A stretch of 64,000 bases of DNA. Source: a virus. Taxonomy: Duplodnaviria > Caudoviricetes. Numbering within the stretch: the stretch's first letter is position 1; the number at the start of each line of letters is the position of its first letter. The stretch is taken from IMG/VR virus record IMGVR_UViG_3300025137_005045; one strand, given 5' to 3'. Of the stretch, positions 1 to 9,403 are shown piece by piece. The notes under the pieces were generated by a model. The model was not told where the DNA came from. It made no database searches and saw nothing but the letters and a program-made list of their open reading frames with translations. The position numbers and the translations under genes are program-made.

Positions 1-345
1 GATCACTTCGCAGAAGTAACACAAGACGTTACAGAAGTTAAAGTAAAGACATCTACGTTTGACGTTAAGGGCCTTACAGTGCTGGATTTTCAACTTGCTA
101 TGTCAATAGACGTTTGGGCAGAACAAAAAGACATTAAACAGACATCTACTGCAGGTAACTTTGGAATGCACGAAGATCAAGGTTTAACAGAAGCACAGTT
201 TGATGAAGCGGCAGGAGAAAAGGATGCTTGCTATCATAAAGTAAAATCAAGATACAAAGTATGGCCTAGTGCATATGCTTCAGGTGCTTTAGTTAAGTGC
301 CGTAAAGTAGGTGCTAAGAATTGGGGCAACAAGAGTAAAAAATAA
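1..345 (+). CDS. 5'-truncated protein: pterin-4a-carbinolamine dehydratase-like domain fused to a basic T4-like virion module
   Basis: Frame is open from base 1: DHFAEV..VKVKTSTFDVKGLTVLDFQLAMSID resembles the PCD core; C-terminal KDACYHKVKSRYKVWPSAYASGALVKCRK..NWG module as recalled from T4-like cyanophage proteins. Confidence 0.6.
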   Translation, partial: DHFAEVTQDVTEVKVKTSTFDVKGLTVLDFQLAMSIDVWAEQKDIKQTSTAGNFGMHEDQGLTEAQFDEAAGEKDACYHKVKSRYKVWPSAYASGALVKCRKVGAKNWGNKSKK

Positions 346-827
346 TGCGTGCCAGTGACTTTATTACAGAACTAAATTGTCAGTATGGTGAATACTACTG
401 TTCTCATGATAAGAAAATGAAGTGTCGTAAAACACCTAAAAAATCAAGAACCGACGAAAAATGTTGGGACGGCTATAAAAAGAAAGGCATGAAGACTATG
501 TTTGGCAAGCGTGTTCCAAACTGTGTTAAGAAAGAAGATAAGACAAACGAAGATCTTAAAGACTGGTTTGGCAAAGGTAAGAAAGGCGGAGCTGGTGGTG
601 GCGGTTGGGACCGTTACAATAGTAAAGGTGAGCGTATAGGTAAGTGTGGAGATGCCAAGAAAGGCGAAGGCAAACCTAAATGTTTATCAAAATCTAAGGC
701 GGCAAGCCTAAGAGCCAAGGGTGGTAAGAAAGCAATAGCACAAGCAGTTAACAGAAAACGCAGAAACGATCCAAACAAAGATAGAAAAGGTTCTGCCAAG
801 AACGTCACAAACAAATACAAAAAATAA
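345..827 (+). CDS. Lys-rich putative internal head protein
   Basis: N-terminal MRASDFITE resembles the T4 capsid-targeting sequence; modules EKCWDGY...NCVK and EDLKDWFGK; very basic. Confidence 0.6.
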   Translation: MRASDFITELNCQYGEYYCSHDKKMKCRKTPKKSRTDEKCWDGYKKKGMKTMFGKRVPNCVKKEDKTNEDLKDWFGKGKKGGAGGGGWDRYNSKGERIGKCGDAKKGEGKPKCLSKSKAASLRAKGGKKAIAQAVNRKRRNDPNKDRKGSAKNVTNKYKK

Positions 828-844
828 ATTTTAGTATTGCCTGA

Positions 845-850
845 TAAATA
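845..850 (+). promoter_or_regulatory. T4-type late promoter box TAAATA (ATAAATACTATT), 5 nt before ATG 856
   Basis: Matches T4 late consensus TATAAATA core; same box at 2404, 4977, 10628, 17576, 25522, 30380, 33570, 34026, 34744, 37032, 40910, 42327, 51900, 62273, 62796 and on the minus strand at 16014 and 19266. Confidence 0.8.
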
Positions 851-855
851 CTATT

Positions 856-1110
856 ATGGCACTTACACTATCATCATCAAACCCAGATCAATCAGCGTTG
901 AATAGACCGACTGATCAATACGATCCTAACGGTATTGCACATGCAACCAATACAACTACACCTGCTGACACTAAAGCAGACCGTGCTACAGCTAAATTAG
1001 CATACGCTCTATTTGTTCAAGATGTTAAAATTGCAGTGGCTGTAGGAGACAGTGCAGGACCATCTGAGTTTCCAGTTGCTGGATCAAATATAGGCTATGC
1101 GGACGATTAG
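856..1110 (+). CDS. small late (probably virion) protein
   Basis: ORF directly behind a late box; Ala/Thr/Asp rich. Confidence 0.65.
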   Translation: MALTLSSSNPDQSALNRPTDQYDPNGIAHATNTTTPADTKADRATAKLAYALFVQDVKIAVAVGDSAGPSEFPVAGSNIGYADD

Positions 1111-1728
1111 ATGTTTAGGCATATTGATGTTCCGTTAATACGTAATCCTAAATGTACTCAAACCGTAGATAATCTTACAGCTAATGAGTTCCGTTATTAC
1201 GATAAAGATGGCTTTGAGCTATGTCAAGCAGAACAACGTTACTACGAAGCGGAAAACCACCCTATAGAGCAACCTATACTTAATCACAGACTGTGGCAAG
1301 AAGAATGGATGACCATTGATCATCCTAGGCTACATCTTGATCATGCCATGATATTACATCGAGCTGATTATCAAGAGTTTGCCCAAGAACAATTAATCAA
1401 AATAAAACAAACTATTCCACAAGCAGACTTATTGTTGCGTACAAAACAGCAATGGGGATTTGACTTTGATCTAGATTATATTTTAGATAGTGGTGAGATA
1501 TTTGAAGTGTTACACATTGAATGTGACTACAATAACTTCACTGAATTTGAAGAAAGATTATATACATTTGAAGATAGTATAGAACGAATAGATTTTGAGG
1601 AAGCCGCAAAATCATTATGGCGTGACAAAGATAAATGGCAACATCTAAAAGCATTCACACAAAACGACTGGAAAGCCGATTATCTCCTAGGTTGGGAAAA
1701 ATCAGAGTACACAGAAAAAGCTCTATAA
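1111..1728 (+). CDS. hypothetical protein
   Basis: 205 aa ORF in operon context. Confidence 0.75.
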   Translation: MFRHIDVPLIRNPKCTQTVDNLTANEFRYYDKDGFELCQAEQRYYEAENHPIEQPILNHRLWQEEWMTIDHPRLHLDHAMILHRADYQEFAQEQLIKIKQTIPQADLLLRTKQQWGFDFDLDYILDSGEIFEVLHIECDYNNFTEFEERLYTFEDSIERIDFEEAAKSLWRDKDKWQHLKAFTQNDWKADYLLGWEKSEYTEKAL

Positions 1729-1762
1729 GTAAGTACAACGATTAATCACTAGGAAATACCCA

Positions 1763-2410
1763 ATGTTTGACGCAACAAAATTAAAATTATATTACGACTA
1801 CAGTCTGAATACTGTCAAAGATGAAGGAGAAGATCCAGTCTTTAATGCGGTCACAGGACAAGTGGTTGATAACTTTATAGCTCCGTTAAACTTAAAAAAA
1901 GACATAGAAATATTAGATATTGGATCTGGTGTTGGATACTTTAGTGATCATATGAAAGACTTAGGATATACTAATATCACAAGTACTACATTTACCGATG
2001 GTGACGCAAAAGCATTAGAATCCAAAGGTTATAAGTATATCAAAACTGATATTAACTTTATTAAACAGCCGGATAGTTTTTATGATTTTATTTTTTGTCG
2101 ACATGCACTAGAACACAGTCCTTTTCCTTATTTCGCTCTATTAGAATATAATAGACTACTTAAAAAAGGCGGACAAATATATGTAGAAATGCCAGAACCT
2201 AAGGGTCCTAGAGGAGCAGATACTTTTCCGCAACACTACAGTGTATTAGGGGCAGTTGCTCTACAGAGCTTGATATCAAGAGCTGGATTTAAAATAGAAT
2301 GGTATCGTAATGCACAAATTCCTATTACTAACAAAGAGACAAAGAAAACTCAACAGGAAACATATAACTGTATATTAGCAAATAAAATAGGTAACATCGA
2401 AGTTAAATAA
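1763..2410 (+). CDS. class I SAM-dependent methyltransferase
   Basis: ILDIGSGVG motif I; YDFIFCRHALEH; LLKKGG. Confidence 0.85.
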   Translation: MFDATKLKLYYDYSLNTVKDEGEDPVFNAVTGQVVDNFIAPLNLKKDIEILDIGSGVGYFSDHMKDLGYTNITSTTFTDGDAKALESKGYKYIKTDINFIKQPDSFYDFIFCRHALEHSPFPYFALLEYNRLLKKGGQIYVEMPEPKGPRGADTFPQHYSVLGAVALQSLISRAGFKIEWYRNAQIPITNKETKKTQQETYNCILANKIGNIEVK

Positions 2411-2414
2411 TAGT

Positions 2415-2618
2415 ATGGATATTAATGATTTAAAAAAATTAGCAGGAGTTACTGATCAACATGGTAATTCAATGGGAGAAAACATAAGCCGAGTAGCCTC
2501 CGAAAAATCTGCATATCAGAGAAAACATAAAATACGACCAGGTACTGAAGAATGGTTTAAGTTATGGTTTGCACAACCTCGTTTAACAGGTGAGAACCCA
2601 ATGCCTAAAAAGAAATAA
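2415..2618 (+). CDS. small late protein
   Basis: TAAATA-N5-ATG; N-terminal DLKKLAG motif. Confidence 0.7.
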   Translation: MDINDLKKLAGVTDQHGNSMGENISRVASEKSAYQRKHKIRPGTEEWFKLWFAQPRLTGENPMPKKK

Positions 2619-3406
2619 TGAAAACGCTGTACAACGAAAAACCTAAAAGATTATTTACATTTGGGTGCAGTTTTACTAAATTTTGGCAGTGGGGAACTTG
2701 GGCAAATATATTAGCATATGATTTAGATATTCCTTTTTATAATTTAGGAAGAGGTGGAGCAGGAAATTCTTACATTGCTAATAGAATTTCTCAAACAGAT
2801 AATGTTTACAAATTTACTAAAGATGATCTGGTATTAGTGTGTTGGTCAACTTATGCAAGAGAAGATAGATGGACGGAACAAGGGTGGACAGGTGATGGTA
2901 ACATATATAATGATGATACATACCCTAAGGAGTTTGTAATGAATTTCTGTTCAGACGAACATTTTCTATTAAAAGATATGTCATTGATTAATCTCATTGA
3001 TGGTTACTTAGAAAATAAAACAAATCATCACATGTTTAGTATTGATAGACTGATACCATTTGGATTAGAAAATTTTATGAAAAAACAGCAAAAGATTTTT
3101 CTTAAGGTTAAAACAAGTTATGCAGATGCAATATATGGTGGTAATTTAATAAATGCCAATACACCCAATGACAAAGATCTTATATCAGCACAGGTAGATA
3201 ATCATCCTACATTATTACAGCATTTAACTTATCTGCAACACATATTTGATAATCCTGTAAGCGAACAAACACAAGAGCATGTTAAAAAAATATATCTTGA
3301 TTGGAAAGAACAAACACTGAATGGTTATAATCCAACTTACGAACGTGATGTGCCTGAGCAATTTTATATTAAACAATCAACTAAGTTGTCAGAGGAAATT
3401 GTATAA
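2618..3406 (+). CDS. SGNH/GDSL-like hydrolase or acyltransferase
   Basis: FTFGCSFT block I, NLGRGGAGN block II, C-terminal DNHP. Confidence 0.55.
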   Translation: MKTLYNEKPKRLFTFGCSFTKFWQWGTWANILAYDLDIPFYNLGRGGAGNSYIANRISQTDNVYKFTKDDLVLVCWSTYAREDRWTEQGWTGDGNIYNDDTYPKEFVMNFCSDEHFLLKDMSLINLIDGYLENKTNHHMFSIDRLIPFGLENFMKKQQKIFLKVKTSYADAIYGGNLINANTPNDKDLISAQVDNHPTLLQHLTYLQHIFDNPVSEQTQEHVKKIYLDWKEQTLNGYNPTYERDVPEQFYIKQSTKLSEEIV

Positions 3407-4974
3407 TGGCTAGCAAATCACTAGACGGCGTTCTTATTAAGAAAGCCCATAAAAAGTCCACATACACTCAAAAACAAGTAAATGAATTTGCACAATGTGC
3501 AGACCCTACCAACGGGGCCAAATACTTTATGCAAAATTTCTTTCACATACAGCATCCTACACGAGGAGGTATCAAATACGAACCATTTGAATATCAAAGT
3601 CGTTTGATAGATGTATATCATAACTATCGTTATTCAATATCAATGATGCCTAGACAAACAGGTAAGTCGACATCAGCCGCAGGATACTTGTTATGGTATG
3701 CCATGTTTGTACCAGATGCAACAATACTAGTCGCCGCACACAAATATGCAGGTGCACAAGAAATCATGCAACGTGTTAGATATGCCTACGAAGCATGCCC
3801 GGATCATATCAGAGCAGGTGCTGTTAGTTATAATAAAGGTAGTATAGAATTTGATAATGGCAGTCGTATAGTGGCACAAACAACAACTGAAAATACTGGT
3901 CGAGGTATGAGTATATCAATGCTGTACTGTGATGAGTTTGCTTTTGTCAGACCTACCATTGCTCGTGAATTTTGGACTTCAATATCTCCTACTCTGGCAA
4001 CTGGCGGTAAAGCAATTATTACATCAACACCTAACTCAGATGAAGATCAATTTGCATTACTATGGAAAGGCGCCAACAAAACAGAGGATACGCACGGTAA
4101 CGAAACAAAACTAGGAGTCAACGGATTTAAACCATTTCGTTCATATTGGAAAGAACACCCCGATAGAGATGATGAATGGGCAGATGAAGAACGTGCTAAA
4201 CTAGGTGAAGAACGTTTTAGACGTGAGATGGATTGTGAATTCATCATCAATGATGAAACACTGATTGCTCCAATACATCTAATGTCATTGGAAGGTGAAG
4301 AACCCTCAGAAAAAACTGGACAAGTACGCTGGTTTGGAACAATACAACCTGATCATTTATATGTGGTAAGTTGGGATCCAAGTTTGGGAACAGGTGGCGA
4401 TTATGCGGCCATGCAAGTATTTGACGCAACAACATTTACACAGGTAGCAGAATGGAAACATAATAAAACAACAATACCTGAACAGGTTAGAATATTTGCT
4501 GACATGATTAAGGTATTAGAAAGTCGTGTAGGTGAACAAAATAATATCTATTACTCAGTGGAAAACAATACCATAGGAGAAGCCGCTTTAATATCTATAG
4601 CAGACTATGGAGAAGATAACATTAAAGGTGTGTTTCTAAGCGAAGATAAAAAAGCTGGTGCAGGCAGACGTTATCGTAAAGGATTTAATACAACAAATAA
4701 AAGCAAATTATCAGCATGTAGTAAATTTAAAACCCTATTGGAGCAAGGTAGATTAAAAGTTAAATCTAGACCTTTAATTAGTGAACTTAAAAACTTTGTA
4801 GCACATGGTACTAGCTATGCGGCCAAACCTGGAGAGCATGACGATCTGGTTATGGCAACAGTGTTAGCAGTCAGGATGTTACAACAGATACAGAATTATC
4901 ATAAGAGTATCGGAGAGTCAATGACAGATCATAGCGATAGCAAAATTGACCCGATGCCGTTTATAATGTTTTAA
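3406..4974 (+). CDS. terL: terminase large subunit (T4 gp17-like)
   Basis: PRQTGKST Walker A, LYCDEFAF Walker B, nuclease motifs WDPSLGTGGDY and HDDLVMA. Confidence 0.95.
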   Translation: MASKSLDGVLIKKAHKKSTYTQKQVNEFAQCADPTNGAKYFMQNFFHIQHPTRGGIKYEPFEYQSRLIDVYHNYRYSISMMPRQTGKSTSAAGYLLWYAMFVPDATILVAAHKYAGAQEIMQRVRYAYEACPDHIRAGAVSYNKGSIEFDNGSRIVAQTTTENTGRGMSISMLYCDEFAFVRPTIAREFWTSISPTLATGGKAIITSTPNSDEDQFALLWKGANKTEDTHGNETKLGVNGFKPFRSYWKEHPDRDDEWADEERAKLGEERFRREMDCEFIINDETLIAPIHLMSLEGEEPSEKTGQVRWFGTIQPDHLYVVSWDPSLGTGGDYAAMQVFDATTFTQVAEWKHNKTTIPEQVRIFADMIKVLESRVGEQNNIYYSVENNTIGEAALISIADYGEDNIKGVFLSEDKKAGAGRRYRKGFNTTNKSKLSACSKFKTLLEQGRLKVKSRPLISELKNFVAHGTSYAAKPGEHDDLVMATVLAVRMLQQIQNYHKSIGESMTDHSDSKIDPMPFIMF

Positions 4975-4987
4975 GATAAATACTGAC

Positions 4988-6697
4988 ATGATATCCACAG
5001 AAAACATTAATCAAAATTTATTTGATCTTTTAACTACTAAGAACTTTGAACTAGTAACCAGAGACAATAAAGGAAAAGAAACTGCTGAACCTAAAAAAGC
5101 AGAATTGTTTAGCTTTGACTATACTGCTGATGATAATAACTATGGTACTGTTGTAGTTACTATTACCGGTGATGGTAACCTAGAAGTATTTTACGGTGAC
5201 ACACTTGGTAAAGGAATGGACCTAGATCATAAAGCAGAATGGTACGACTTTCTTTATCAACTAAGACATTTTGCTAGACGTAACATGTTAGGATTTGATT
5301 TAAAAAATATGAATAAACTAAAATATGCAATGCAGTCAAGAAGCCAGGTAGAAGAATCTAAATACTACGGTTACAAGAATACAAGTTATACCAAACCTAC
5401 TAAAGAAGCAAAACTTAAAATAGTACACTCAAAACCAATTGATGAAGAGGCAGGAGATCAACGTTATAGAAATATAAAAGCTCTATATGTTGAAAATTCA
5501 GATGGTGAACGTTTTAAACTACCTTTCACTAAATTGTTTGCTGGTCGTGCAATGGCAAGACACGTAAGCGAAGGTGGGTCACCACATGATCACTTTGGCC
5601 AATATATTTGTGAATTAGTATCAGATATAGGAGTGCTAGCTAATTTTGTGAGAGCAAGTAGAGGTAAAGAATTTACAGATGCAGGTACAAGCGTTATGGC
5701 AGAGGCCGGTGTTAGACACTATGCTGATCTTAAAAAGAAAGTAAAAAGAATGATAGGTCGTAGAGGATACAAAGAACAGTTTAACGCATTTGACCCAGAA
5801 CAAACACAGGAGCATGTTGAAATCACAGATCAAATACGTGACATGTTTACAGAAACATTACTAGATACCAGAATTGAACAAGCTATTCCGGTACTAAACA
5901 AACTCGAATCAAGGAACTCAGTTATGAAAGAAATTAGCGAATTTAACAATTGGGCAGAGGATATTACTGCACTTGAAGGTTTTGATCCTGATGAATTTGA
6001 CGGTGAAATTAAAATACCAGCAGTAAACCAATTAAGAGGAGAAAGACCAACAACAATTAAATATACTGCTGAAGTAGATAAAGAACAAAACACAGTGCGT
6101 GTAACTAAATGCTCAGACGAAAAGTATAGAGATGAATGCCAAGCAGATGCTGAAGCAGAGTGGGACGCAAGAGATGTTGATATACCAATGGAAGACGCTG
6201 ATCTAGAAGAAGGCAAAATGAAAGACTTACACTATGACTTACAACATTCCTCAGACGAAGAATTTGAAAAGAAATATAAAATGAAAAAATCAGATTGGGA
6301 AGAAGTTAAAACACCAGGACTAGCAATGGATCCAAATAAACCAGCATACATTAGTAAAATGAAAATGGAAGACGAACCAACAGAGGATAAGGACATGGAA
6401 GTATATGAAGGGCCTACAAGAAAAGACTTTCAAATGGTAGCAGACTTGCTTAAAGCAAATCCAGATCAAGATAAGAGAAAAGAATTAGCTAATCATCATG
6501 CTGATATGTTTGCTAAACAAAACCCACGCTTTGATAAAAAAAGATTTCTTAAAGCGGCTGGTATTGATGAAGGCAATGAATTTACTAAAAAATTAGCACA
6601 AGCAAAAGCCTCAGGCGAAGCAGAGTTTGAAGTAAATGGTAAAAAATATGAAGTACGAGAAGATGAATTAAAAGCAATACTTAGGTTGGCTAGATAG
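4988..6697 (+). CDS. putative head core/scaffold-like modular protein
   Basis: Late box 5 nt upstream; follows terL; acidic C-half of short modules bounded by hydrophobic-X-E sites. Confidence 0.55.
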   Translation: MISTENINQNLFDLLTTKNFELVTRDNKGKETAEPKKAELFSFDYTADDNNYGTVVVTITGDGNLEVFYGDTLGKGMDLDHKAEWYDFLYQLRHFARRNMLGFDLKNMNKLKYAMQSRSQVEESKYYGYKNTSYTKPTKEAKLKIVHSKPIDEEAGDQRYRNIKALYVENSDGERFKLPFTKLFAGRAMARHVSEGGSPHDHFGQYICELVSDIGVLANFVRASRGKEFTDAGTSVMAEAGVRHYADLKKKVKRMIGRRGYKEQFNAFDPEQTQEHVEITDQIRDMFTETLLDTRIEQAIPVLNKLESRNSVMKEISEFNNWAEDITALEGFDPDEFDGEIKIPAVNQLRGERPTTIKYTAEVDKEQNTVRVTKCSDEKYRDECQADAEAEWDARDVDIPMEDADLEEGKMKDLHYDLQHSSDEEFEKKYKMKKSDWEEVKTPGLAMDPNKPAYISKMKMEDEPTEDKDMEVYEGPTRKDFQMVADLLKANPDQDKRKELANHHADMFAKQNPRFDKKRFLKAAGIDEGNEFTKKLAQAKASGEAEFEVNGKKYEVREDELKAILRLAR

Positions 6698-6721
6698 TTC
6701 CTTAAAAAAGAACTGTAAGGG

Positions 6722-6756
6722 AAGAGTATACTATAGATAAGTTATACTCTTTTTTT
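6722..6756 (+). terminator. intrinsic terminator
   Basis: AAGAGTATA/TATACTCTT stem followed by T-run. Confidence 0.75.
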
Positions 6757-6787
6757 ACGACTTTGGTAAAATATACTAATATAACTA

Positions 6788-6816
6788 TTGCAAAGCTAAA
6801 TAAAGTATCATATAAT
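6788..6816 (+). promoter_or_regulatory. sigma70-type promoter with nested late box
   Basis: TTGCAA-N17-TATAAT with TAAATA inside the spacer. Confidence 0.7.
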
Positions 6817-6883
6817 ATAACTGTTGTATGATTTATACACATTAAAAACTAAACATTATGGCACATTTAAGGAGAAACACATT

Positions 6884-7921
6884 ATGGCATCTTTAGCAGA
6901 AATTCGAGCTAAACTCACACAAGCAGAAGCAAGAACATCAAATAATTCACAAGGTGGTGGCGATAACGCTATCTATCCACACTGGAATATCTCAGAAGGA
7001 GCAACATCTACTTTACGATTTTTACCAGACAGTGATCCAAACAATTCATTCTTTTGGGTAGAACGTAACATGATACGTTTACCATTTAATGGTATTAAAG
7101 GTGAAATGGATACTAAACAAGTACAGGTACAAATTCCATGTATAGAAATGTGGGGTGAGTCATGTCCAATTCTAGCAGAAGTAAGAACTTGGTTCAAAGA
7201 TAGTTCACTAGAAGAAATGGGTCGTAAGTATTGGAAAAAACGTTCTTACATATTCCAAGGCTTTGTAAGAGAGAATCCATTAGCAGATGATAACACACCT
7301 GAAAATCCAATACGTAGATTTGTAATGAGTCCACAAATTTTTAATATTATTAAAACAGCATTAATGGATCCAGAAATGGAAGAGTTACCAACAGACTACT
7401 TGCGTGGTATCGATTTCCGTGTTGTTAAAACACAAAAAGGTGGATATGCTGATTATACAACGTCAACATGGGCACGTAAGGAAACAGCACTTACAGAAGT
7501 AGAACAAGCGGCCATTGAAACACATGGCTTACATAATTTAAATGACTTTCTTCCTAAGAAACCAAGTGAAGTTGAACTTAAAGTTATGAAAGAAATGTTT
7601 GAAGCATCAGTAGATGGTAGACCATATGATGCAGAAAAATTTGGTGCATATTTCCGTCCATATGGAATGCAAGCACCAGCGTCAAGTGGAACCTCAGAAG
7701 CATATAGCACACCGAAAGCTACACCAGCAGTAACTGCCACAGCAGATGTAACTGCTAAAGCAGAAGTAGCACCGGCGCCTGCAACTGAAGCGACACCAGT
7801 AGCTGAAACAGCACCAGCACCAGTAGCTGAAAAAGCACCTGCAACTGAAGCGGCACCTGCGGCATCAGGGTCAAAAGCAGAAGATATACTTGCAATGATC
7901 CGTTCAAGACAGTCGTCTTAA
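6884..7921 (+). CDS. gp32: single-stranded DNA-binding protein, T4 gp32 family
   Basis: LRFLPD, CPIL..VR.W...YWKKRSY, GIDFRVVKTQKGGYADY; start reassigned to ATG 6884 behind AAGGAG; Ala/Pro-rich tail. Confidence 0.9.
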   Translation: MASLAEIRAKLTQAEARTSNNSQGGGDNAIYPHWNISEGATSTLRFLPDSDPNNSFFWVERNMIRLPFNGIKGEMDTKQVQVQIPCIEMWGESCPILAEVRTWFKDSSLEEMGRKYWKKRSYIFQGFVRENPLADDNTPENPIRRFVMSPQIFNIIKTALMDPEMEELPTDYLRGIDFRVVKTQKGGYADYTTSTWARKETALTEVEQAAIETHGLHNLNDFLPKKPSEVELKVMKEMFEASVDGRPYDAEKFGAYFRPYGMQAPASSGTSEAYSTPKATPAVTATADVTAKAEVAPAPATEATPVAETAPAPVAEKAPATEAAPAASGSKAEDILAMIRSRQSS

Positions 7922-7930
7922 TAGATTAGA

Positions 7931-7961
7931 TTATCGAGCGGTGGAAACATCGCTTAGATAA
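7931..7961 (+). terminator. GAAA-capped hairpin (terminator or processing site)
   Basis: TTATC-GAGCG-GTG-GAAA-CAT-CGCTT-AGATAA. Confidence 0.5.
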
Positions 7962-8004
7962 CTACTGATAACGTAATATAAAGATATTGAATTAGGAGAA
8001 AGAG

Positions 8005-9132
8005 ATGGCTAAACCATTTGACGCAAGTAAATTTAGAAAAAGTATTACTAAAAGCATTCCTGGAATGAGTTTAGGTTTCAATGACCCAACAGATTGGATT
8101 TCAACAGGTAATTTTGCTTTAAACTATTTAATTAGTGGAGACTTTAACAAAGGTATTCCGTTAGGCAAGGTAACAGTATTTGCTGGAGAATCTGGAGCAG
8201 GTAAATCATATATTTGTTCAGGCAACATTATTAAAAATGCACAGGAACAAGGAATCTATGTTATCCTGGTTGATAGCGAAAACGCACTAGACGAAAGCTG
8301 GTTACACGCCTTAGGCGTAGATACATCAGATGATAAACTACTTAAATTAAACATGGCCATGATCGATGATGTGGCTAAAACTGTTTCTGAGTTTGTAAAA
8401 GAATACAGAGACATGCCTGAGGAAAATAGACCTAAGGTGTTATTTGTTATTGATAGTTTGGGTATGTTACTAACACCTACAGATGTTAACCAGTTTGAAG
8501 CAGGTGACATGAAAGGTGATATGGGTCGTAAGCCCAAAGCACTAACATCACTTGTGCGTAATACTGTTAACATGATCGGAGCACTTAATATTGGTATTGT
8601 GGCAACTAATCACACATACGCATCACAAGATATGTTTGATCCAGATGATAAGATATCAGGCGGACAAGGTTTTATTTACGCATCCAGTATTGTTGTTGCT
8701 ATGAAAAAACTTAAACTAAAAGAAGATGAGCTAGGTAACAAGATATCAGATGTTAAAGGTATCAGAGCAGGCTGTAAAGTAATGAAAACACGATATGCTA
8801 AACCATTTGAAGGTGTTCAAGTTAAGATTCCCTATTCAACAGGTATGAGTCCTTATAGTGGCCTAGTTGATATGGCAGAAAAAGCAGGCTTACTAGTCAA
8901 AGACGGTAACAGATTACGTTTCGGAGAAGCAGATAGCGAAAACGAAATTAAACAGTTTCGTAAAGCCTGGGAACTAAACGAGAACGGCTGTTTAGATAAA
9001 GTTATGGCTAGTTACGGAAAAGTAGCAGACGATATAAGTATTGAAGAAATGGAAACCATGGATGACACTGCCGTAGAACAGCAAGCACCAGAAGTTGTAG
9101 TTGAAACAAAGATGGCAGAGGAGGAAAAATAA
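8005..9132 (+). CDS. uvsX: RecA-like recombinase UvsX
   Basis: AGESGAGKS Walker A, VIDSLGML, TNHTY, SGGQGFIYASS; gp32 and uvsY neighbours. Confidence 0.93.
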   Translation: MAKPFDASKFRKSITKSIPGMSLGFNDPTDWISTGNFALNYLISGDFNKGIPLGKVTVFAGESGAGKSYICSGNIIKNAQEQGIYVILVDSENALDESWLHALGVDTSDDKLLKLNMAMIDDVAKTVSEFVKEYRDMPEENRPKVLFVIDSLGMLLTPTDVNQFEAGDMKGDMGRKPKALTSLVRNTVNMIGALNIGIVATNHTYASQDMFDPDDKISGGQGFIYASSIVVAMKKLKLKEDELGNKISDVKGIRAGCKVMKTRYAKPFEGVQVKIPYSTGMSPYSGLVDMAEKAGLLVKDGNRLRFGEADSENEIKQFRKAWELNENGCLDKVMASYGKVADDISIEEMETMDDTAVEQQAPEVVVETKMAEEEK

Positions 9133-9133
9133 A

Positions 9134-9403
9134 ATGTCTGAACCACTAGTAACAGCCTCTGAAGTGTGGCTAGCAGTTAAAGAACATATCTCAGATGAAG
9201 AACAAGCAGGTATTGATGTTGTTAATGCACTAATTGATAACTTAGGATTTGACGGAGAAGCAATTAAAGCTAGTGAATTAGGTCAAGACGAAGCTATTAA
9301 AAATGCAGTATCAGAATATGTGTTAGACGAGGAAGAAGAAGACGATGGTCTAGATACTTGGGGTGATGAACAGGATGATGAGGACGATGAGGACAACTAC
9401 TAA
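9134..9403 (+). CDS. highly acidic hypothetical protein
   Basis: Start at ATG 9134; tail DEEEEDDGLDTWGDEQDDEDDEDNY. Confidence 0.75.
   Translation: MSEPLVTASEVWLAVKEHISDEEQAGIDVVNALIDNLGFDGEAIKASELGQDEAIKNAVSEYVLDEEEEDDGLDTWGDEQDDEDDEDNY

Noticed and set aside
1105-1113. In-frame TAG-ATG (and TAA-ATG at 29384, 36627, 55510) as read-through fusions or amber recoding
   Set aside because: TAG ends several clearly complete genes and no core gene is interrupted by TAG; abutting stop-start junctions are ordinary translational coupling
7765-7865. Direct repeats CCTGCAACTGAAGCG and CACCAGTAGCTGAAA
   Set aside because: They encode the Ala/Pro/Glu low-complexity tail of gp32, not a separate repeat element
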